Positions 28,115-38,904 of a stretch of 55,292 bases of DNA are shown here, piece by piece. The position numbers were made by a program, and so were the translations under genes. The stretch spans positions 1-55,292 of the forward strand of contig JBFMAY010000026.1 in the NCBI GenBank assembly GCA_040755455.1, written 5' to 3'. Below the pieces are notes generated by a model that was not told the origin of the DNA, made no database searches, and saw nothing but the letters and a program-made list of their open reading frames with translations. Within the stretch, counting starts at the first letter, position 1; each line of letters opens with the position of its first letter. This DNA is from Thermodesulfobacteriota bacterium (GTDB lineage Bacteria; Desulfobacterota; Desulfobulbia; Desulfobulbales; SURF-16).

Positions 28115-29374
28115 TCACCCTTTAGCAGGCGCGCTCGCCCCGGAAACCTTGGCGCGACCATGCCGGGGTAAAGCGGCGGAAAGAACGGCTGCCAGAACCG
28201 CCATGCAGGAAGCAAGGTAGAAACTGCCCGAAAAGCTGCCTGTCATCTCGGCAAGCACTCCGGCCAGAGAGGGCCCGGCAATCTGACCGATGCCAAAAAT
28301 AAAGGTTATGAAGCCAAAGACGGAAACCGTCCTGTGCGGGCCCACGTAGTCAGCGATCAGAGCGGCCATGATGGAGGGAATACTCCAGGCCACGATGCCG
28401 TAAAAGCCGATGGAGAGATATAAAAAGAGGCCCGGCAGATTGACGGCAATGAGCAGGTATGCCAGAGATTGAATGATAAAAACCGTGATCAGGGCCGCCT
28501 TTCTGCCGAGCTTATCGGACATGACGCCAAAGACCGGCCCGGAAAAGAGGCTTAACAAGCCGACCCATGACCAGAAATTGCCGGCCACGGCTTCGGAAAA
28601 GCCGCGCTCCTGCACCATGACAGTGACAACAAAGGTCGCATAGATCACGTAGGTAAAGCCGAAAAGAAAGTAAATGGCGGCACAGTGATAAATGAGGCTG
28701 GGCCGCACCTTTTCTGTCTCAAAAAAGTCTTTGCCGTGACCCGCCTTGGCGGTTTGACTGCCGCCCACCGGCTCCAGGCCGAGATCCCGCGGTCTGTCAC
28801 GCAATACCAGATAGCAGATGGCGGAAACCGCTATAACAATGGAACCAAGGACCAGCCAGCTCATCCGCCAGCCTTGGCCGCCTATCCCGTTCAGCCAAGG
28901 CACCAGCCGGCCGGCGATGACGATGGCAAAGCCGCTGCCGATGACGATAAATCCCGCTGCCTTGCCCCGTGAACGGCTGGTGAACCAGGCGGAGACCAGG
29001 GCCATCATCGACACATTGGCCATGCCGCTGCCCATGCCGGTCAGGGCATAAAAGACAATGATCACAAAAAGCTTGGCGCTGGCACCAATACAGAGCATGG
29101 AAAGCCCCACCAACAAAAGGGCAAAAGCGATCAGCCTTCGTGCCCCGAAGCGGGCCGACAGCTTGCCGCACAGCAGCACAGCGATCAGGTAGCCGACAAA
29201 ATTCGCCGTGCTGATAAGGCCCATCTGGGAAAAGGAGAGGCCAAGCGACACCCCCATGGACGGCAACAGCATGCCGAGGGCAAAGCGGCCGAAGCCGAGA
29301 CCGGCGAATATGCAGAGTGTTCCTGCCGCCACAACAAACCAGCCATAATGGATGGCTCTTATCTGCTCATTCAT
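28115..29374 (-). CDS. MFS transporter (YbfB/YjiJ-like)
   Basis: About 12 TM segments, GLGFGRFA, GKLSARFGARR and SDKLGRK loops. Confidence 0.88.
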   Translation of the reverse strand: MNEQIRAIHYGWFVVAAGTLCIFAGLGFGRFALGMLLPSMGVSLGLSFSQMGLISTANFVGYLIAVLLCGKLSARFGARRLIAFALLLVGLSMLCIGASAKLFVIIVFYALTGMGSGMANVSMMALVSAWFTSRSRGKAAGFIVIGSGFAIVIAGRLVPWLNGIGGQGWRMSWLVLGSIVIAVSAICYLVLRDRPRDLGLEPVGGSQTAKAGHGKDFFETEKVRPSLIYHCAAIYFLFGFTYVIYATFVVTVMVQERGFSEAVAGNFWSWVGLLSLFSGPVFGVMSDKLGRKAALITVFIIQSLAYLLIAVNLPGLFLYLSIGFYGIVAWSIPSIMAALIADYVGPHRTVSVFGFITFIFGIGQIAGPSLAGVLAEMTGSFSGSFYLASCMAVLAAVLSAALPRHGRAKVSGASAPAKG

Positions 29375-29400
29375 GGGAGACGTATGCGAAAAGCACTTGC

Positions 29401-29811
29401 TTATGACAACATGTCGTGCTGCATATTGAGAAAACTCACCTGGCTGTTCAGGGTCCAGAAGTCATAGATATAGCCGGCGCCGAATATGGCCCCGGTGAAA
29501 AAATAGATCAGACCGGTGAGCCATTTCCCCATATACATCCGATGGATGCCCAATATGCCTAAAAATGTGAGCAGAATCCAGGCAACCGAGTAATCGATTT
29601 TCCCCTTCTTAAAGCGCAGATCAGCCTGCCGGTCCATTGCCGGGATCAGAAACAGATCTATGAGCCAGCCTATGCCGAGCAATCCCAGGGTACAGAAATA
29701 AATGGTGCCGGAAATGGGTTTACCGTAATAAAAACGGTGGGAGCCGGTAAAGCCGAAAATCCAGAGGATATAGCCGATTGTTTTGCTGTGACTGTCATTT
29801 TGCAGATCCAT
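29401..29811 (-). CDS. TM2-domain (NINE) membrane protein
   Basis: Two TM2 repeats, [21 protein letters not shown] and [21 protein letters not shown]. Confidence 0.88.
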   Translation of the reverse strand: MDLQNDSHSKTIGYILWIFGFTGSHRFYYGKPISGTIYFCTLGLLGIGWLIDLFLIPAMDRQADLRFKKGKIDYSVAWILLTFLGILGIHRMYMGKWLTGLIYFFTGAIFGAGYIYDFWTLNSQVSFLNMQHDMLS

Positions 29812-29922
29812 AAATTTGCCCCCCGGCTGAACATTCCGCGAACTCGCCCGCTCTTATCAATGAACAGAGAATATCTCTTTTTATGCAAAAACCCAAGCAG
29901 CAAAACAAGGGAGGCCTTTTTT

Positions 29923-30960
29923 ATGCACAGACACGCGGTCGTTATCTCCTTTGTAGTTCTTTTTTCCCTCTTGATCACAGGTGTCCTCATGGCGCAAGAA
30001 CCTTGGCAGGCAAAGGCTATCAACAAAGATGAACTGAAGGCAAAGCTGACTCCTCTGCAGTACCAGGTAACCCAGGAGGAGGGGACGGAACCCCCTTTCC
30101 GCAATCAATACTGGGACAACAAAATAGCGGGCATTTATGTGGATATTGTGTCAGGGGAGCCCCTTTTCAGCTCCCTGGATAAATATGATTCCGGCACGGG
30201 ATGGCCCAGCTTCAGCGCCCCGCTGGAAGCGGACAACATTGTCCTGCACAAGGATTTCCGCCTTTTCATGCTGCGCACCGAGGTGCGCAGCCGCAGCGCA
30301 GGCTCCCATCTCGGTCATGTTTTTGATGACGGCCCGCCCCCGGCCGGCAAACGCTACTGCATGAACTCGGCTGCCCTGCGCTTCATCCCGGTAGACCAGC
30401 TTGAAAATGAGGGATATGGGCGCTATCTCTCCCTGTTCAATAAAAAGGCCGGGGAAAAGCAATCCTCGGCCGGACGGACGGAGACCGCTGTTCTCGGCGC
30501 AGGTTGTTTCTGGGGCGTGGAAGAAATTTTGCGAAAAATCCCCGGCGTGATTAACACCACGGTCGGTTATGCCGGCGGTTCAACGGCAAACCCCACCTAC
30601 GCCCAGGTGAGTACTGGAGCAACAGGCCATGCCGAAGTGGTGCAGGTGGAGTTTGACCCGGCCATGGTGAACTTTGCAACCATTCTCGACTATTTCTTCC
30701 GGCTGCATGATCCCACCACCATGAACCGCCAGGGGCATGATGCTGGCAGCCAGTACCGTTCGGTGATTTTCTTTCAGAGTGAGGAACAGCAAAGACAGGC
30801 GCTCAAAAAAAGGGGGGAGGTTGACCGTTCGGGAAAATGGCCTGCTCCGCTGGTCACGGAAATCACCGCTGCCCAGCCGTTTTATCCGGCTGAAGAGTAT
30901 CATCAGGATTACCTGCGGAAAAATCCCTCTGGATACAGCTGCCACTATCTCCGCGACTAA
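29923..30960 (+). CDS. msrAB: Exported bifunctional methionine sulfoxide reductase MsrB-MsrA
   Basis: Signal peptide; MsrB GTGWPSF, HLGHVF, RYCMNS; Msr[28 protein letters not shown]. Confidence 0.93.
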   Translation: MHRHAVVISFVVLFSLLITGVLMAQEPWQAKAINKDELKAKLTPLQYQVTQEEGTEPPFRNQYWDNKIAGIYVDIVSGEPLFSSLDKYDSGTGWPSFSAPLEADNIVLHKDFRLFMLRTEVRSRSAGSHLGHVFDDGPPPAGKRYCMNSAALRFIPVDQLENEGYGRYLSLFNKKAGEKQSSAGRTETAVLGAGCFWGVEEILRKIPGVINTTVGYAGGSTANPTYAQVSTGATGHAEVVQVEFDPAMVNFATILDYFFRLHDPTTMNRQGHDAGSQYRSVIFFQSEEQQRQALKKRGEVDRSGKWPAPLVTEITAAQPFYPAEEYHQDYLRKNPSGYSCHYLRD

Positions 30961-31088
30961 CATGTAATATAGGCAAGCACAGGCTCCGTATTTTTCATTT
31001 TGCTTGACACACCCCTCCCCCCATTATAAAGTTGGTCACTAAACTAAATGATATTAGTTACCAAGCAAGGGTCTGGCAGAGGGTTTCT

Positions 31089-31907
31089 GTGAATATTGAC
31101 AATATTTTTGAAACAGTTTCATTCTGGGTCACCACCTATTCCATGAAACTGGTGGCGGCCCTGCTTGTCTTTTTCGTCGGGAAATGGTTGTCCGGCCATA
31201 TTTCCAGGCTTGTGGTCAAACTCCTCGAAAAAAACAAGGTTGAACTGACCCTCATCCACTTCCTGGAAAATTTAATCTATTATACGCTGCTGGTCCTTGT
31301 GTTGGTTGCAGCAGCCAGTCAGCTGGGCATCAACACCGCATCCTTCCTGACCATTATCGGCGCTGCAGGTCTGGCGGTAGGCCTGGCATTAAAGGATTCT
31401 TTATCCAACATCGCCTCGGGTATCATGCTGATTTTTCTCCGTCCTTTCAAGGTCGGCGATCTGGTAACCACGGCAGGTGTCACCGGACAGATTGCCACGC
31501 TCAACATCTTTTATACCACCATCAACACCCCGGATAACCAGAAGATTATTGTGCCCAACAGCAGCATTACCGCCAATGTCATCACCAATGTATTTGCCAA
31601 TCCGACCCGCCGTGTTGATCTGGTGTTCGGCATCAGCTATGGCGACGACATTGGCAAGGCAAAGGAAATTTTAAACAGACTGATTGCTTCAGACCCGCGC
31701 ATTCTGAAAGATCCGGCCCCGGCCATAGCCGTCGCCGAGCTCGCTGACAACAGCGTCAATCTCATCGTGCGGCCCTGGGTGAAATCCGCTGATTACTGGC
31801 CTGTTTTTTTTGATATGACCGAAAATGTAAAAACCACATTCGACAAGGAGGACATAACCATTCCATTCCCCCAGCGGGATGTGCATCTCTATCAAACAAA
31901 TCAATAA
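31089..31907 (+). CDS. mscS: Small-conductance mechanosensitive channel
   Basis: GAAGLAVGLALKDSLSNIASG, RPFKVGD, IPFPQRDVH; GTG start assumed. Confidence 0.92.
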   Translation: MNIDNIFETVSFWVTTYSMKLVAALLVFFVGKWLSGHISRLVVKLLEKNKVELTLIHFLENLIYYTLLVLVLVAAASQLGINTASFLTIIGAAGLAVGLALKDSLSNIASGIMLIFLRPFKVGDLVTTAGVTGQIATLNIFYTTINTPDNQKIIVPNSSITANVITNVFANPTRRVDLVFGISYGDDIGKAKEILNRLIASDPRILKDPAPAIAVAELADNSVNLIVRPWVKSADYWPVFFDMTENVKTTFDKEDITIPFPQRDVHLYQTNQ

Positions 31908-31982
31908 CTTGGAGCAACTGACAAAAGCTTCACATACCGGCAGTTAAAAAAAGATAAGAGGAGAAAAGGAGGAGTTGAAAAA

Positions 31983-33095
31983 ATGAACATTTTGAAATCA
32001 CTATGGATTTTAGTCATGATCGGGTTTGTTGCCAGCTGCGCGCCTATGGCGACAGAAACCCCTTTTACGGCCACTGACCTTTCAGGCAAACTGGGACAGG
32101 GCTACAAGCAAAAGGTTGACAACGCCTTGATCATTCTGGATGCCTCGTCATCCATGTATGACAAGGAAAACGCCAACCAGAAAATTGTCGAGGCCAAGAA
32201 CGTCGTGTTGCACATGAACGACACCCTGCCGCCCCTTAAAATGCAGGCCGGCCTGCATGTCTTCGGACCCACCCTGGGGCAGAATATGCAAGACAGCAAG
32301 CTTATCTACGGCATGACCGACTATAAGGCCGCAGATCTCGCTGCAGCAGTCAAAACCGTGCAGGTTGCTGGTTTGACCCCGCTGGCCAAACCTCTGCTGA
32401 AAAGTATTGACGACCTGAAAAACAGCAAGGGACAAATTGCTGTCATCATCGTCAGCGACGGCATGGACACCTACAACCAATCCCCGGTTGAGGCTGCGAC
32501 AGCCCTGAAGAATGCCTTTGGCGACAGAATCTGTATCTACACGATTCTGATCGGCAACAGCCCGGTGGGTAAAAAGACGCTGGAGGATGTCGCTGCAGCA
32601 GGCAAGTGCGGCTTTGCCACCACGCAAAACGCTGTTGCCACCAGCCAGGGCATGGCCGATTTTGTAGAGCAGGTCTTCCTTGAAAAAGAGGTTGCCAAAC
32701 CGGTTGCCCAGAAGGTCGCCCCCGCTCCTGTTCAGGAAAAAACCATCACCATGAACCTGAAGGTGCTGTTTGATTTTGACAAAGACAATGTCCTTCCCCG
32801 TGAACAAGACGAGCTTGACGAATTTGCCGCCTTTATGAAGGGACACCCGCAGACAACCGCCGTTCTTGAAGGCCACACTGACAATTATGGTTCAGAAGCA
32901 TACAACAATGCCCTGTCACTGCGCAGAGCGGAAAGTGTGAGAAAATATATGGTGCAAAAATTCAGCATCGAACCCTCACGGCTCACCACCAAGGGCTATG
33001 GTTTCTCAAGGCCCATTGCCACCAATAAGACAGATGAGGGACGCCAGGAAAACCGCCGTGTTGTGGCTGTCATCTCAACCAATGTAAAAGAATAA
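31983..33095 (+). CDS. Lipoprotein with vWA domain and OmpA-like peptidoglycan-binding domain
   Basis: VASC lipobox; DASSSM MIDAS, IIVSDG; FDFDK, EGHTD, NALSLRRA, NRRV. Confidence 0.9.
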   Translation: MNILKSLWILVMIGFVASCAPMATETPFTATDLSGKLGQGYKQKVDNALIILDASSSMYDKENANQKIVEAKNVVLHMNDTLPPLKMQAGLHVFGPTLGQNMQDSKLIYGMTDYKAADLAAAVKTVQVAGLTPLAKPLLKSIDDLKNSKGQIAVIIVSDGMDTYNQSPVEAATALKNAFGDRICIYTILIGNSPVGKKTLEDVAAAGKCGFATTQNAVATSQGMADFVEQVFLEKEVAKPVAQKVAPAPVQEKTITMNLKVLFDFDKDNVLPREQDELDEFAAFMKGHPQTTAVLEGHTDNYGSEAYNNALSLRRAESVRKYMVQKFSIEPSRLTTKGYGFSRPIATNKTDEGRQENRRVVAVISTNVKE

Positions 33096-33113
33096 GATTT
33101 TTTTATCCGTAAC

Positions 33114-33157
33114 AAAAAAGCATGTCCGGCTTCTTGCAAGCCGGACATGCTTTTTTT
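33114..33157. terminator. Bidirectional intrinsic terminator
   Basis: AAAAAAGCATGTCCGGCTT-CTTGC-AAGCCGGACATGCTTTTTTT between convergent genes. Confidence 0.92.
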
Positions 33158-33170
33158 ATGCCCACCCGCT

Positions 33171-34352
33171 TTATAATCTTTTGCCCTTATCAGCAGCCGT
33201 TTTGCACGGAGCCGGAAAAGGCACAGGCGAGGCTGGAGAACAGTTTCCCCCGCAGGTGCAACCTGCCTCCTTCTTGGTGAAGAGCAGGCGGCTCAGCCCT
33301 TTTGCCAGAGGCTTGACGGAAAGCAAAATCAGAATCAGCCCCCCTGCGACCCGCACTTCAACCGGCAGCAGCTCGGCAGCCTGACCGACCACAGCCTTTG
33401 CTGAAATGCCCAATTGCAGATAGACGAAATCAAGCAGCAGACCGCAACCCACACTGACCACAGCAATCGCCAGCAGGTAAAGAGCCGTGGCCCGTTTGCC
33501 GAGCAGGCCGAGAACAACCGACACCGAAGTTATATTGGTTGCAGGGCCCACCAGCAGAAAAACCAGTGCCGCCCCCGGACTGACGCCTTTGAGAATCATG
33601 GCGGCGGCAATGGGGGTGGAGGCCGTGGCGCAGATGTAAAGAGGCATGCCGAAAACAAGCATGAGCAGCATGGCAGACAACCCGCCGCCGAGGTAGATAC
33701 TTATCTGTTCAGCCGGCACCAGCACTGTGATAACCCCTGCCGCCAGCAGCCCCAGAAAAAACCAGCCGGCCAGGTCCCCCCATATCTCGTCTTTAGCGTA
33801 GCGCACTCCCGCGGTCATCTTCTCCAGCAATGAATGATGCGCGGCATGCTCATCGGGAGGGCAATTCTCGCCGCTGCAGCAGTTATCAATCTGGCAGCGC
33901 AAATCCGGAGCTTCCGAGGCGGCTGTCTGGCGCGGATTCATGATGTTTTCGCTGAATCCTGCCACCAGGGCTGTGATAAAGGCAGCCAGCGGCCGGACGA
34001 TGGTCATGACGGGGTCAAGCAGGGCGTAGGTTACGGAAATGGAGTCCACCCCTGATTCCGGAGTGGAGATGAGAAAAGCGGTGGTTGCTCCATTATTTGC
34101 CCCCTGTTTCTTCAGGGAGACGGCGGCCGGCAGCACGCCACAGGAGCAGAGGGGGAGGGGAATGCCGAACAGGGCGGCCTTTAACACCGGTTTGAAGCGG
34201 CCCTTGCCAAGATGCCGTGCGACATAGGCTGGCGAGAGAAACATTTTCAGTATGCCGCCCATCAGCAGACCAAAAAGGACATATACCGAGGCATCCGTCA
34301 GCATCTCCCACAATTCCTGCATGACTGCCAGCAAAAATGATAAAATTTCCAT
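33171..34352 (-). CDS. Predicted heavy-metal permease (SO_0444/ArsP-like family)
   Basis: PLPLCSCGVLP, STPESGVDS, PLYICATASTP, GPATN; Cys/His-rich loop; downstream of ArsR/SmtB gene. Confidence 0.85.
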   Translation of the reverse strand: MEILSFLLAVMQELWEMLTDASVYVLFGLLMGGILKMFLSPAYVARHLGKGRFKPVLKAALFGIPLPLCSCGVLPAAVSLKKQGANNGATTAFLISTPESGVDSISVTYALLDPVMTIVRPLAAFITALVAGFSENIMNPRQTAASEAPDLRCQIDNCCSGENCPPDEHAAHHSLLEKMTAGVRYAKDEIWGDLAGWFFLGLLAAGVITVLVPAEQISIYLGGGLSAMLLMLVFGMPLYICATASTPIAAAMILKGVSPGAALVFLLVGPATNITSVSVVLGLLGKRATALYLLAIAVVSVGCGLLLDFVYLQLGISAKAVVGQAAELLPVEVRVAGGLILILLSVKPLAKGLSRLLFTKKEAGCTCGGNCSPASPVPFPAPCKTAADKGKRL

Positions 34353-34439
34353 AATTTTTTCCCTGTCTGCCATCTTGCGGATGGCGTTTGCAATGGCGGC
34401 AGACCGGCGATGGCTTTTTCGCCCCGCGCACCATTACCA

Positions 34440-34796
34440 TTACTCCCGGATATGCTCCAAGGCCAGCCCGGCCACCCTGCTCACATGATCATCAACAAGC
34501 CGATAATAGAGAACCGGCCCCTGGCGGCGGTTTGTCACCAGCTGCAGCTGCCGCAGCAGACGCAGCTGATGGCTGACCGCGGATTCGGAAACGGCAAGAA
34601 AGGCCGCCAGATCGCAGACACACATTTCACCTTGCTCCAACGCCAGAATGATCCTGAGCCGGGTGGTGTCGGCCAGGGCCTTGAAAAAATCAACAACCCG
34701 GTCAATCTCGCTGGGAGCAAGAGCCTGGCGGCGTGCGCCATCAACCCGCTCTTCATGAATGATCCGACACTGACAGCGATCGGCATAATCCGCCAT
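34440..34796 (-). CDS. ArsR/SmtB-family metalloregulator (CadC/ZiaR-like)
   Basis: FKALADTTRLRI, EMCVCDLA, SAVSHQLRLLR, DDHV..EH; AGGAGG RBS. Confidence 0.93.
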   Translation of the reverse strand: MADYADRCQCRIIHEERVDGARRQALAPSEIDRVVDFFKALADTTRLRIILALEQGEMCVCDLAAFLAVSESAVSHQLRLLRQLQLVTNRRQGPVLYYRLVDDHVSRVAGLALEHIRE

Positions 34797-34820
34797 GCAC
34801 CCTTCCTCCTATTAAACATT

Positions 34821-34869
34821 AACATATGAGCATATGTTCATATATAACAACAAAGGGGGATATTGTCAA
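34821..34869 (-). promoter_or_regulatory. Promoter with overlapping SmtB/ArsR 12-2-12 operator
   Basis: Minus strand TTGACA-N17-TATATA; imperfect inverted repeat AACATATGAGCA-TA-TGTTCATATATA at 34821-34846. Confidence 0.8.
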
Positions 34870-34913
34870 GAATGTCGTGGAATGAGGCGCTGGCTGGAGA
34901 GGGCGAAAAAAAT

Positions 34914-35753
34914 CTACTTTTTCAATGTTTGCGGGTCCCGGCCGATGCTGTCGATGGCATAAGAGCCGGCATTGCCGGTAAACGGCAGGACAAGCAGATG
35001 GGGCAGGGTCAGCTGTGCCGCATCCCGGAACTGAGACAGGCCGATGGTCATGCCATCATGTCCCATGACCGGCTGTGCCCGGTAGGTGCCGAAAAGTCTA
35101 TCCCACCAGGGAAAATTAAAACCGAAATTACTGTTTGTTTCGCGAATGGTTACCGAATGATGGACGCGGTGCATGTCCGGCGTGACAACCAGCAGACGGA
35201 GAATGGCGTCAAGCCGGCCCGGCATGCGGATATTGCCATGATTAAACATGGCAGTGCCGTTTAAAGCCACCTCAAACACGATAACCGCTAACACGGGCGG
35301 CCCAAGGGCGGCCACCGCCGCCATCTTGATGGCCGCGGAAATGAGAATTTCAATGGGATGAAAGCGCAGCCCGGTGGTCACATCAATGTCAAGATCAGCA
35401 TGATGCACCATGTGCAGCCGCCAGAGCAGGGGAACGGAGTGGAACATCAGATGCTGCAGGTAGATGACCATATCAAGCAACAGCACCCCGAGGAGCAGGG
35501 CCGGCCAGAGTCCAAGCTGCAGATAAGACATGAGTCCCCAGCCCTGCCGCTGGGCTGCGGCTGCCACCCCGACAGCCATCACCGGCATGAGCAGGCGGGC
35601 AAGCAATGTATCAAGAAAAATGATCGACAGGTTGTTAAACCACCTGCCAGCCTTGGAAACGGTAAGCCGGCGTTTGGGGGCTGCACTCTCCCAGAGCGCC
35701 ACCAGAGCCAGGATGGCAAAGAAAAAAATAGCGCGATACGTTTCCGGACTCAT
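34914..35753 (-). CDS. Sterol desaturase / fatty acid hydroxylase family protein
   Basis: His boxes HLMFH, HMVHH, FNH, HRVHH. Confidence 0.88.
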   Translation of the reverse strand: MSPETYRAIFFFAILALVALWESAAPKRRLTVSKAGRWFNNLSIIFLDTLLARLLMPVMAVGVAAAAQRQGWGLMSYLQLGLWPALLLGVLLLDMVIYLQHLMFHSVPLLWRLHMVHHADLDIDVTTGLRFHPIEILISAAIKMAAVAALGPPVLAVIVFEVALNGTAMFNHGNIRMPGRLDAILRLLVVTPDMHRVHHSVTIRETNSNFGFNFPWWDRLFGTYRAQPVMGHDGMTIGLSQFRDAAQLTLPHLLVLPFTGNAGSYAIDSIGRDPQTLKK

Positions 35754-36017
35754 CTCTGTCGCCTCACAAGCGGAAGGGGAAAATGTGCTACCGTTTTCAG
35801 CTTAAAACACCGCTGCAATAAAAACAATTCCTATTAATTAATAAAATCCGAGATTGGCCGGGGATGAAATGCCGCCCAGGATCGCTTATGCCAGGCATCT
35901 CTGCTGCTCTGGCCCTGCGGCAAGGCCTTGCACTTTCCTGCAAGGCCAGTATGCTGAACGGCAGACAAAGCAGCAGGCGCCTGTTGCGCAGAAGGGAGAA
36001 GGGGATGGGGAAAAAAA

Positions 36018-36389
36018 TCAAGCCGCTTGCGGAAAGTTGTCCGGCAGATGCCAAATTTCCGGCGTCAATGCCGGCAGGCCCCAGCGGGCCCGAGCCTTGT
36101 CGCACCGCTCGTTCGGCTCACCATTGAGCCAGGCGGGCTGGAAATCCCGGCAGACCGATGCCCTCTTTTCATATATGCTGCAATAAACTTGTTTGCCGAT
36201 AATCCCCATCAGCGCGATACAGCGCGGCGAGGAATCATTGGTCCCCTGCATAACCATACGGAAATCATTTAATTTTTCCGTCAGTTCCGCAGGGACGCCG
36301 CCTGCAATGGCCAAGTCCGATTCAGCCCAGTAAAAAGAGGCGCGGAAAAACGCACAGCAGGCTCCACAGTCAATACAGGGATTTACCAT
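36018..36389 (-). CDS. YkgJ-family CxxCxxCC cysteine cluster protein
   Basis: CIDCGACC..RCIAL..CSIYEKRASVCRDF. Confidence 0.88.
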   Translation of the reverse strand: MVNPCIDCGACCAFFRASFYWAESDLAIAGGVPAELTEKLNDFRMVMQGTNDSSPRCIALMGIIGKQVYCSIYEKRASVCRDFQPAWLNGEPNERCDKARARWGLPALTPEIWHLPDNFPQAA

Positions 36390-36504
36390 ATTTCTTGCTC
36401 AAAAGGTAACAGGAACTCATAACAGAGAGGAAAACGGCGCTGTTTGCCATTGTTGTCGGCAACTGTCAATCTGCATTTAATTCCAGCCCTGCCGAATTGT
36501 CCAC

Positions 36505-36537
36505 AAAAAAGGGATGCCAGGCGGGCATCCCTTTTTT
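36505..36537. terminator. Intrinsic terminator after multiheme cytochrome
   Basis: AAAAAAGGGATGCC-AGGCG-GGCATCCCTTTTTT. Confidence 0.9.
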
Positions 36538-36563
36538 ATCTGACAGCCGCAAAAACGGACGAC

Positions 36564-38558
36564 TTAGAAGTTATGACATTTCACGCATTGATACCCCTTC
36601 TCAAGGTGCTTCTTGTGCAGCTCGCTGCCGGTCCAGGATTTGGCACTATGACAGTCATTGCACAGATCGCTTTTGGGTTTCACCAGACCGGTCGGCTCAC
36701 CGGTGTGACAGCTCACACATGACAGGCTGCCGTCTCCCTGACCGTCGGCCGCATGTTGCTGATGCAACGCCTCCCACGACAAAGACTTCTGTTCATGGCA
36801 CAGGGTGCAGTCCTTGACTTTGGCCGGCCAGGTATGATAACCGAGCTCGCCGAACGGCACCATGCCGGCTCCGTCCGGGGTCTCCCCGGAGTAATCATGA
36901 CATTCGCGGCAGGAGGGGGCCATGGCTGCCGGTTCAACGCCATGGGTGATCAGCATTTCCGCATCAACATCTACCAGTTGATAGCCGCCGGTCATACCCT
37001 GTTCTTCCATGCCTTTCCGCACCGCCAGATCGAAATCACCGGTCATGAACATCCACATGATGGCCGGGGGCACGATCTTGCCGCTTTCGTGCAGCGGCAT
37101 GAGGGAAAAGTGGCGTTTAATCGGCACAATCTTTGACTTGCCGTCAAAGGCCGCGCCGTTGGCCTGGGCCATGGGATAGACACCCCGTTCATCAGCGCTG
37201 ATGGTCTGGCCGATGCTGTAAACTTGCGATGTGCCGTCAAACCAGACGTATTCGGGCTTCACATTGGCCGCCTTGACCTCTTCACCGACAAAGCCACCCT
37301 GGCCGGAACAGAAGGCCGGGTTCCACACCGGTTTCAGCCAGTCCCGCGACATCTCGGTTGCTCCGCCCTTGGCGAACTGACGGATATGGCAGACCTGGCA
37401 GGCGACCTGGCCTGCGGCATGGCGGTTCAAGGTGGCGTTGCTGTGCGGAGCCGCGGCGTGACAGTCCGTGCATTTCGGGTTGGCTGCTTCCGTTTGCCGC
37501 AGGTCAATGCCCCGTCCGCCGATCTTATGGCCTTCAGCCGCATGGCAGGATGCACAGGTAAGGTCGGCACCGCCAGGCTCGGCAGACATATGCACGTCGG
37601 CCGTGACAGCCGGGGCCAAGGTGTTTGCGCCCATGTCGCCCCGTTTGGTCCAGTCGCCCCCGCCTGCCTTGGCATGGCAGCGGAGACAAGACTGCCTGGT
37701 CGGGAGATGAACGGTGCGGGCCAGATCAACCATGGTTGTGCCGGCCGGCATCTTGGCATAATCAGGCACGGTGGTGTAATCACCGTTGCCGTCAACAAGA
37801 CCGAAGACATAGGTTTTGGTTTCGCCTTTGATATTGACCACCGTCTCGGTGTTATTCGGATCGGCTACAAATGTCCGCTGGTATGTATCGTTGTGGCACA
37901 TCAGGCAGTCAATGTCATTGACATCCGGAGCATGGGGGGCATTGCCGTCGGCCCGGACGTGACAGGTGAAACAGGCCCCTTTCGAGGACATGGCATAGGT
38001 GCAGAAGGTGTTGATGCCGTTAACCCCTTTGCCGTCATCGCCGGAACTATTGGTCACATCCGGGGTGGGGCCGGACCACTGCATGTGCAGACTGTTCAGC
38101 ATATCCTGGGCTTCCATCTCATGGCAGGCAATACAGGTTGCCGGGCCGTCATAGGATTGAATGGCCTGATGAGCCCCCACCGCATCGGTTGCAACCGTTG
38201 CCGTCACGGTGAACGGACTTATTTTCGCTTGCCGGTTCTTCAGGTCAGCAAGATTGCACTTGAAATCCCATTCCCCGGTCATCTCGTCGGCAGGAATTGT
38301 ATAATCATAGGTGGCGGTCCGGCCATTGATCTGCATTTTTTGCTTGGCGACCAGCACCGTATCCGAGGCATCAGTGATGGTGATCTGCGCAGAGCGAAGT
38401 GTCCGTTGCCACTCGCCGGTGCCGGTGCACACAAAGCGTAGCGTGCCGCCGACCAGTGCCGGAGTTGGATTGGTGGACATGTCTATACCACGGTCAGCTG
38501 CGTAGCCGCTGCCGGCAAGCAAGGCGAGAGCCGCTGCCGTAAATATCATTTTTTTCAT
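36564..38558 (-). CDS. Exported 12-heme cytochrome c with octaheme tetrathionate reductase (OTR)-like core
   Basis: Signal peptide; 12 CxxCH motifs; INTFC..CFTCH..DCLMCH layout recalls OTR; four extra C-terminal hemes. Confidence 0.8.
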   Translation of the reverse strand: MKKMIFTAAALALLAGSGYAADRGIDMSTNPTPALVGGTLRFVCTGTGEWQRTLRSAQITITDASDTVLVAKQKMQINGRTATYDYTIPADEMTGEWDFKCNLADLKNRQAKISPFTVTATVATDAVGAHQAIQSYDGPATCIACHEMEAQDMLNSLHMQWSGPTPDVTNSSGDDGKGVNGINTFCTYAMSSKGACFTCHVRADGNAPHAPDVNDIDCLMCHNDTYQRTFVADPNNTETVVNIKGETKTYVFGLVDGNGDYTTVPDYAKMPAGTTMVDLARTVHLPTRQSCLRCHAKAGGGDWTKRGDMGANTLAPAVTADVHMSAEPGGADLTCASCHAAEGHKIGGRGIDLRQTEAANPKCTDCHAAAPHSNATLNRHAAGQVACQVCHIRQFAKGGATEMSRDWLKPVWNPAFCSGQGGFVGEEVKAANVKPEYVWFDGTSQVYSIGQTISADERGVYPMAQANGAAFDGKSKIVPIKRHFSLMPLHESGKIVPPAIMWMFMTGDFDLAVRKGMEEQGMTGGYQLVDVDAEMLITHGVEPAAMAPSCRECHDYSGETPDGAGMVPFGELGYHTWPAKVKDCTLCHEQKSLSWEALHQQHAADGQGDGSLSCVSCHTGEPTGLVKPKSDLCNDCHSAKSWTGSELHKKHLEKGYQCVKCHNF

Positions 38559-38768
38559 ATATCCCTCCAGGTATATATTTTTTGTTGTCGTAAATACTTG
38601 CTAAAATTTTGCAGATATCAGTAGGAATCCTGACCATTGCGCATGGTGGTCAAAGCGGGAAAAAGCATTTCTTCATTCAGCCCTCCCTGATCGTTTTGCG
38701 TCAACAACCCGCCTTTTTCTGGTGAAAAGCTTTTATGCGTTGTCAGCATGATTTTGCAGGAGGTGAAC

Positions 38769-38784
38769 AGCAATCATTATGCCA
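38769..38784 (-). promoter_or_regulatory. Sigma54 (-24/-12) promoter of the 12-heme cytochrome
   Basis: Minus strand TGGCATAATGATTGCT matches TGGCAY-N5-TTGCW; AT-rich tract immediately upstream. Confidence 0.8.
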
Positions 38785-38904
38785 CAATTCCTAAACTTTA
38801 ATTAATTAATTGTTTTCATTAGTTTTATTAATAAGAATAAGAATATTTACCATTTCAGGTGCTCCAGGGAATGTGTCGGGAAAAGAAGACAGGGGTTGTG
38901 ATGG

